The notes beneath the pieces were generated by a model that saw only the letters and a program-made list of their open reading frames with translations, had not been told where the DNA came from and made no database searches. The position numbers were made by a program, and so were the translations under genes. DNA of 64,000 nt, from the NCBI GenBank assembly GCA_963810095.1, contig CAWEMM010000006.1, positions 1,024,001 to 1,088,000 of the forward strand, given 5' to 3'. Shown here piece after piece: positions 63,728 to 64,000 of the stretch. Each line of letters opens with the position of its first letter. Position 1 is the stretch's first letter. The DNA is from an uncultured Chloroflexia bacterium. Its GTDB lineage: Bacteria; Chloroflexota; Anaerolineae; CG2-30-64-16.

Positions 63728-63813
63728 GGTGCAAGGGTGTTAATGCAGCGGAGCAACCGGCGGCATCCGCCACGGAGCCGGCAGGTCGTCTCATTGCCCG
63801 GAGGGAGCCTAAC

Positions 63814-64000
63814 ATGGACGTCATCAAAGTTTCGGCCCACTCTCGATCTACGGCCGTCGCGGGCGCCATCGCTGGTGTCATGCGAGATTTCAACCATGCG
63901 GAGGTTCAGGCCATCGGCGCCAGCGCCGTCAACCAGGCAATCAAGGCGATTGCGATTGCGCGCAACTACCTGCTGCTCGACGGCATCGACATCGTCTGTT
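63814..64000 (+). CDS. spoVS: Stage V sporulation protein S family (truncated by window end; absent from ORF track)
   Basis: Manual translation MDVIKVSAHSRSTAVAGAIAG...EVQAIGASAVNQAIKAIAIAR; GGAGG RBS. Confidence 0.93.
   Translation, partial: MDVIKVSAHSRSTAVAGAIAGVMRDFNHAEVQAIGASAVNQAIKAIAIARNYLLLDGIDIVC

Noticed and set aside
63814-64000. Evidence for endospore formation from spoVS
   Set aside because: SpoVS homologues occur in non-sporulating bacteria, and no other sporulation genes are in the window

Overview
High-GC bacterial chromosomal segment with about 55 CDSs, probably Chloroflexota (Anaerolineae-like); the taxonomy is inferred from gene content and repeat families only. No rRNA, tRNA, CRISPR array or transposase was seen. 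At least 15 genes, including essential secA, are split by single-base indels that become denser towards the right end, which points to long-read consensus errors rather than real pseudogenes. Housekeeping and metabolic genes include hsp20, an EPS wzz/cpsD pair, rfbB, prs, secA, aor, citrate synthase, a CoA transferase, ald, thrC, iorAB, two FemABX proteins, glycosyltransferases and spoVS. The best candidate for an undescribed system is 7979-16295: a STAND-type NTPase fused to an OmpR-type winged helix, two tandem PspA/IM30 (ESCRT-III-like) paralogues, two membrane-anchored solute-binding-domain proteins (one with an intact vWA MIDAS), a 2-TM coiled-coil protein and an orphan LivJ-type lipoprotein, with no ABC permease or ATPase. 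Other highlights: (1) a UxxC selenoprotein disulfide oxidoreductase with a downstream SECIS-like hairpin, split in the ORF track; (2) a ~235-nt leader with a premature terminator upstream of aor; (3) a degenerate Vsr-like nuclease fold fused to a PcrA/UvrD-type Tudor domain; (4) a sugar cluster containing two URO-D/MtaA-like proteins; (5) a probable BY-pseudokinase; (6) several REP-like palindromic repeat families.
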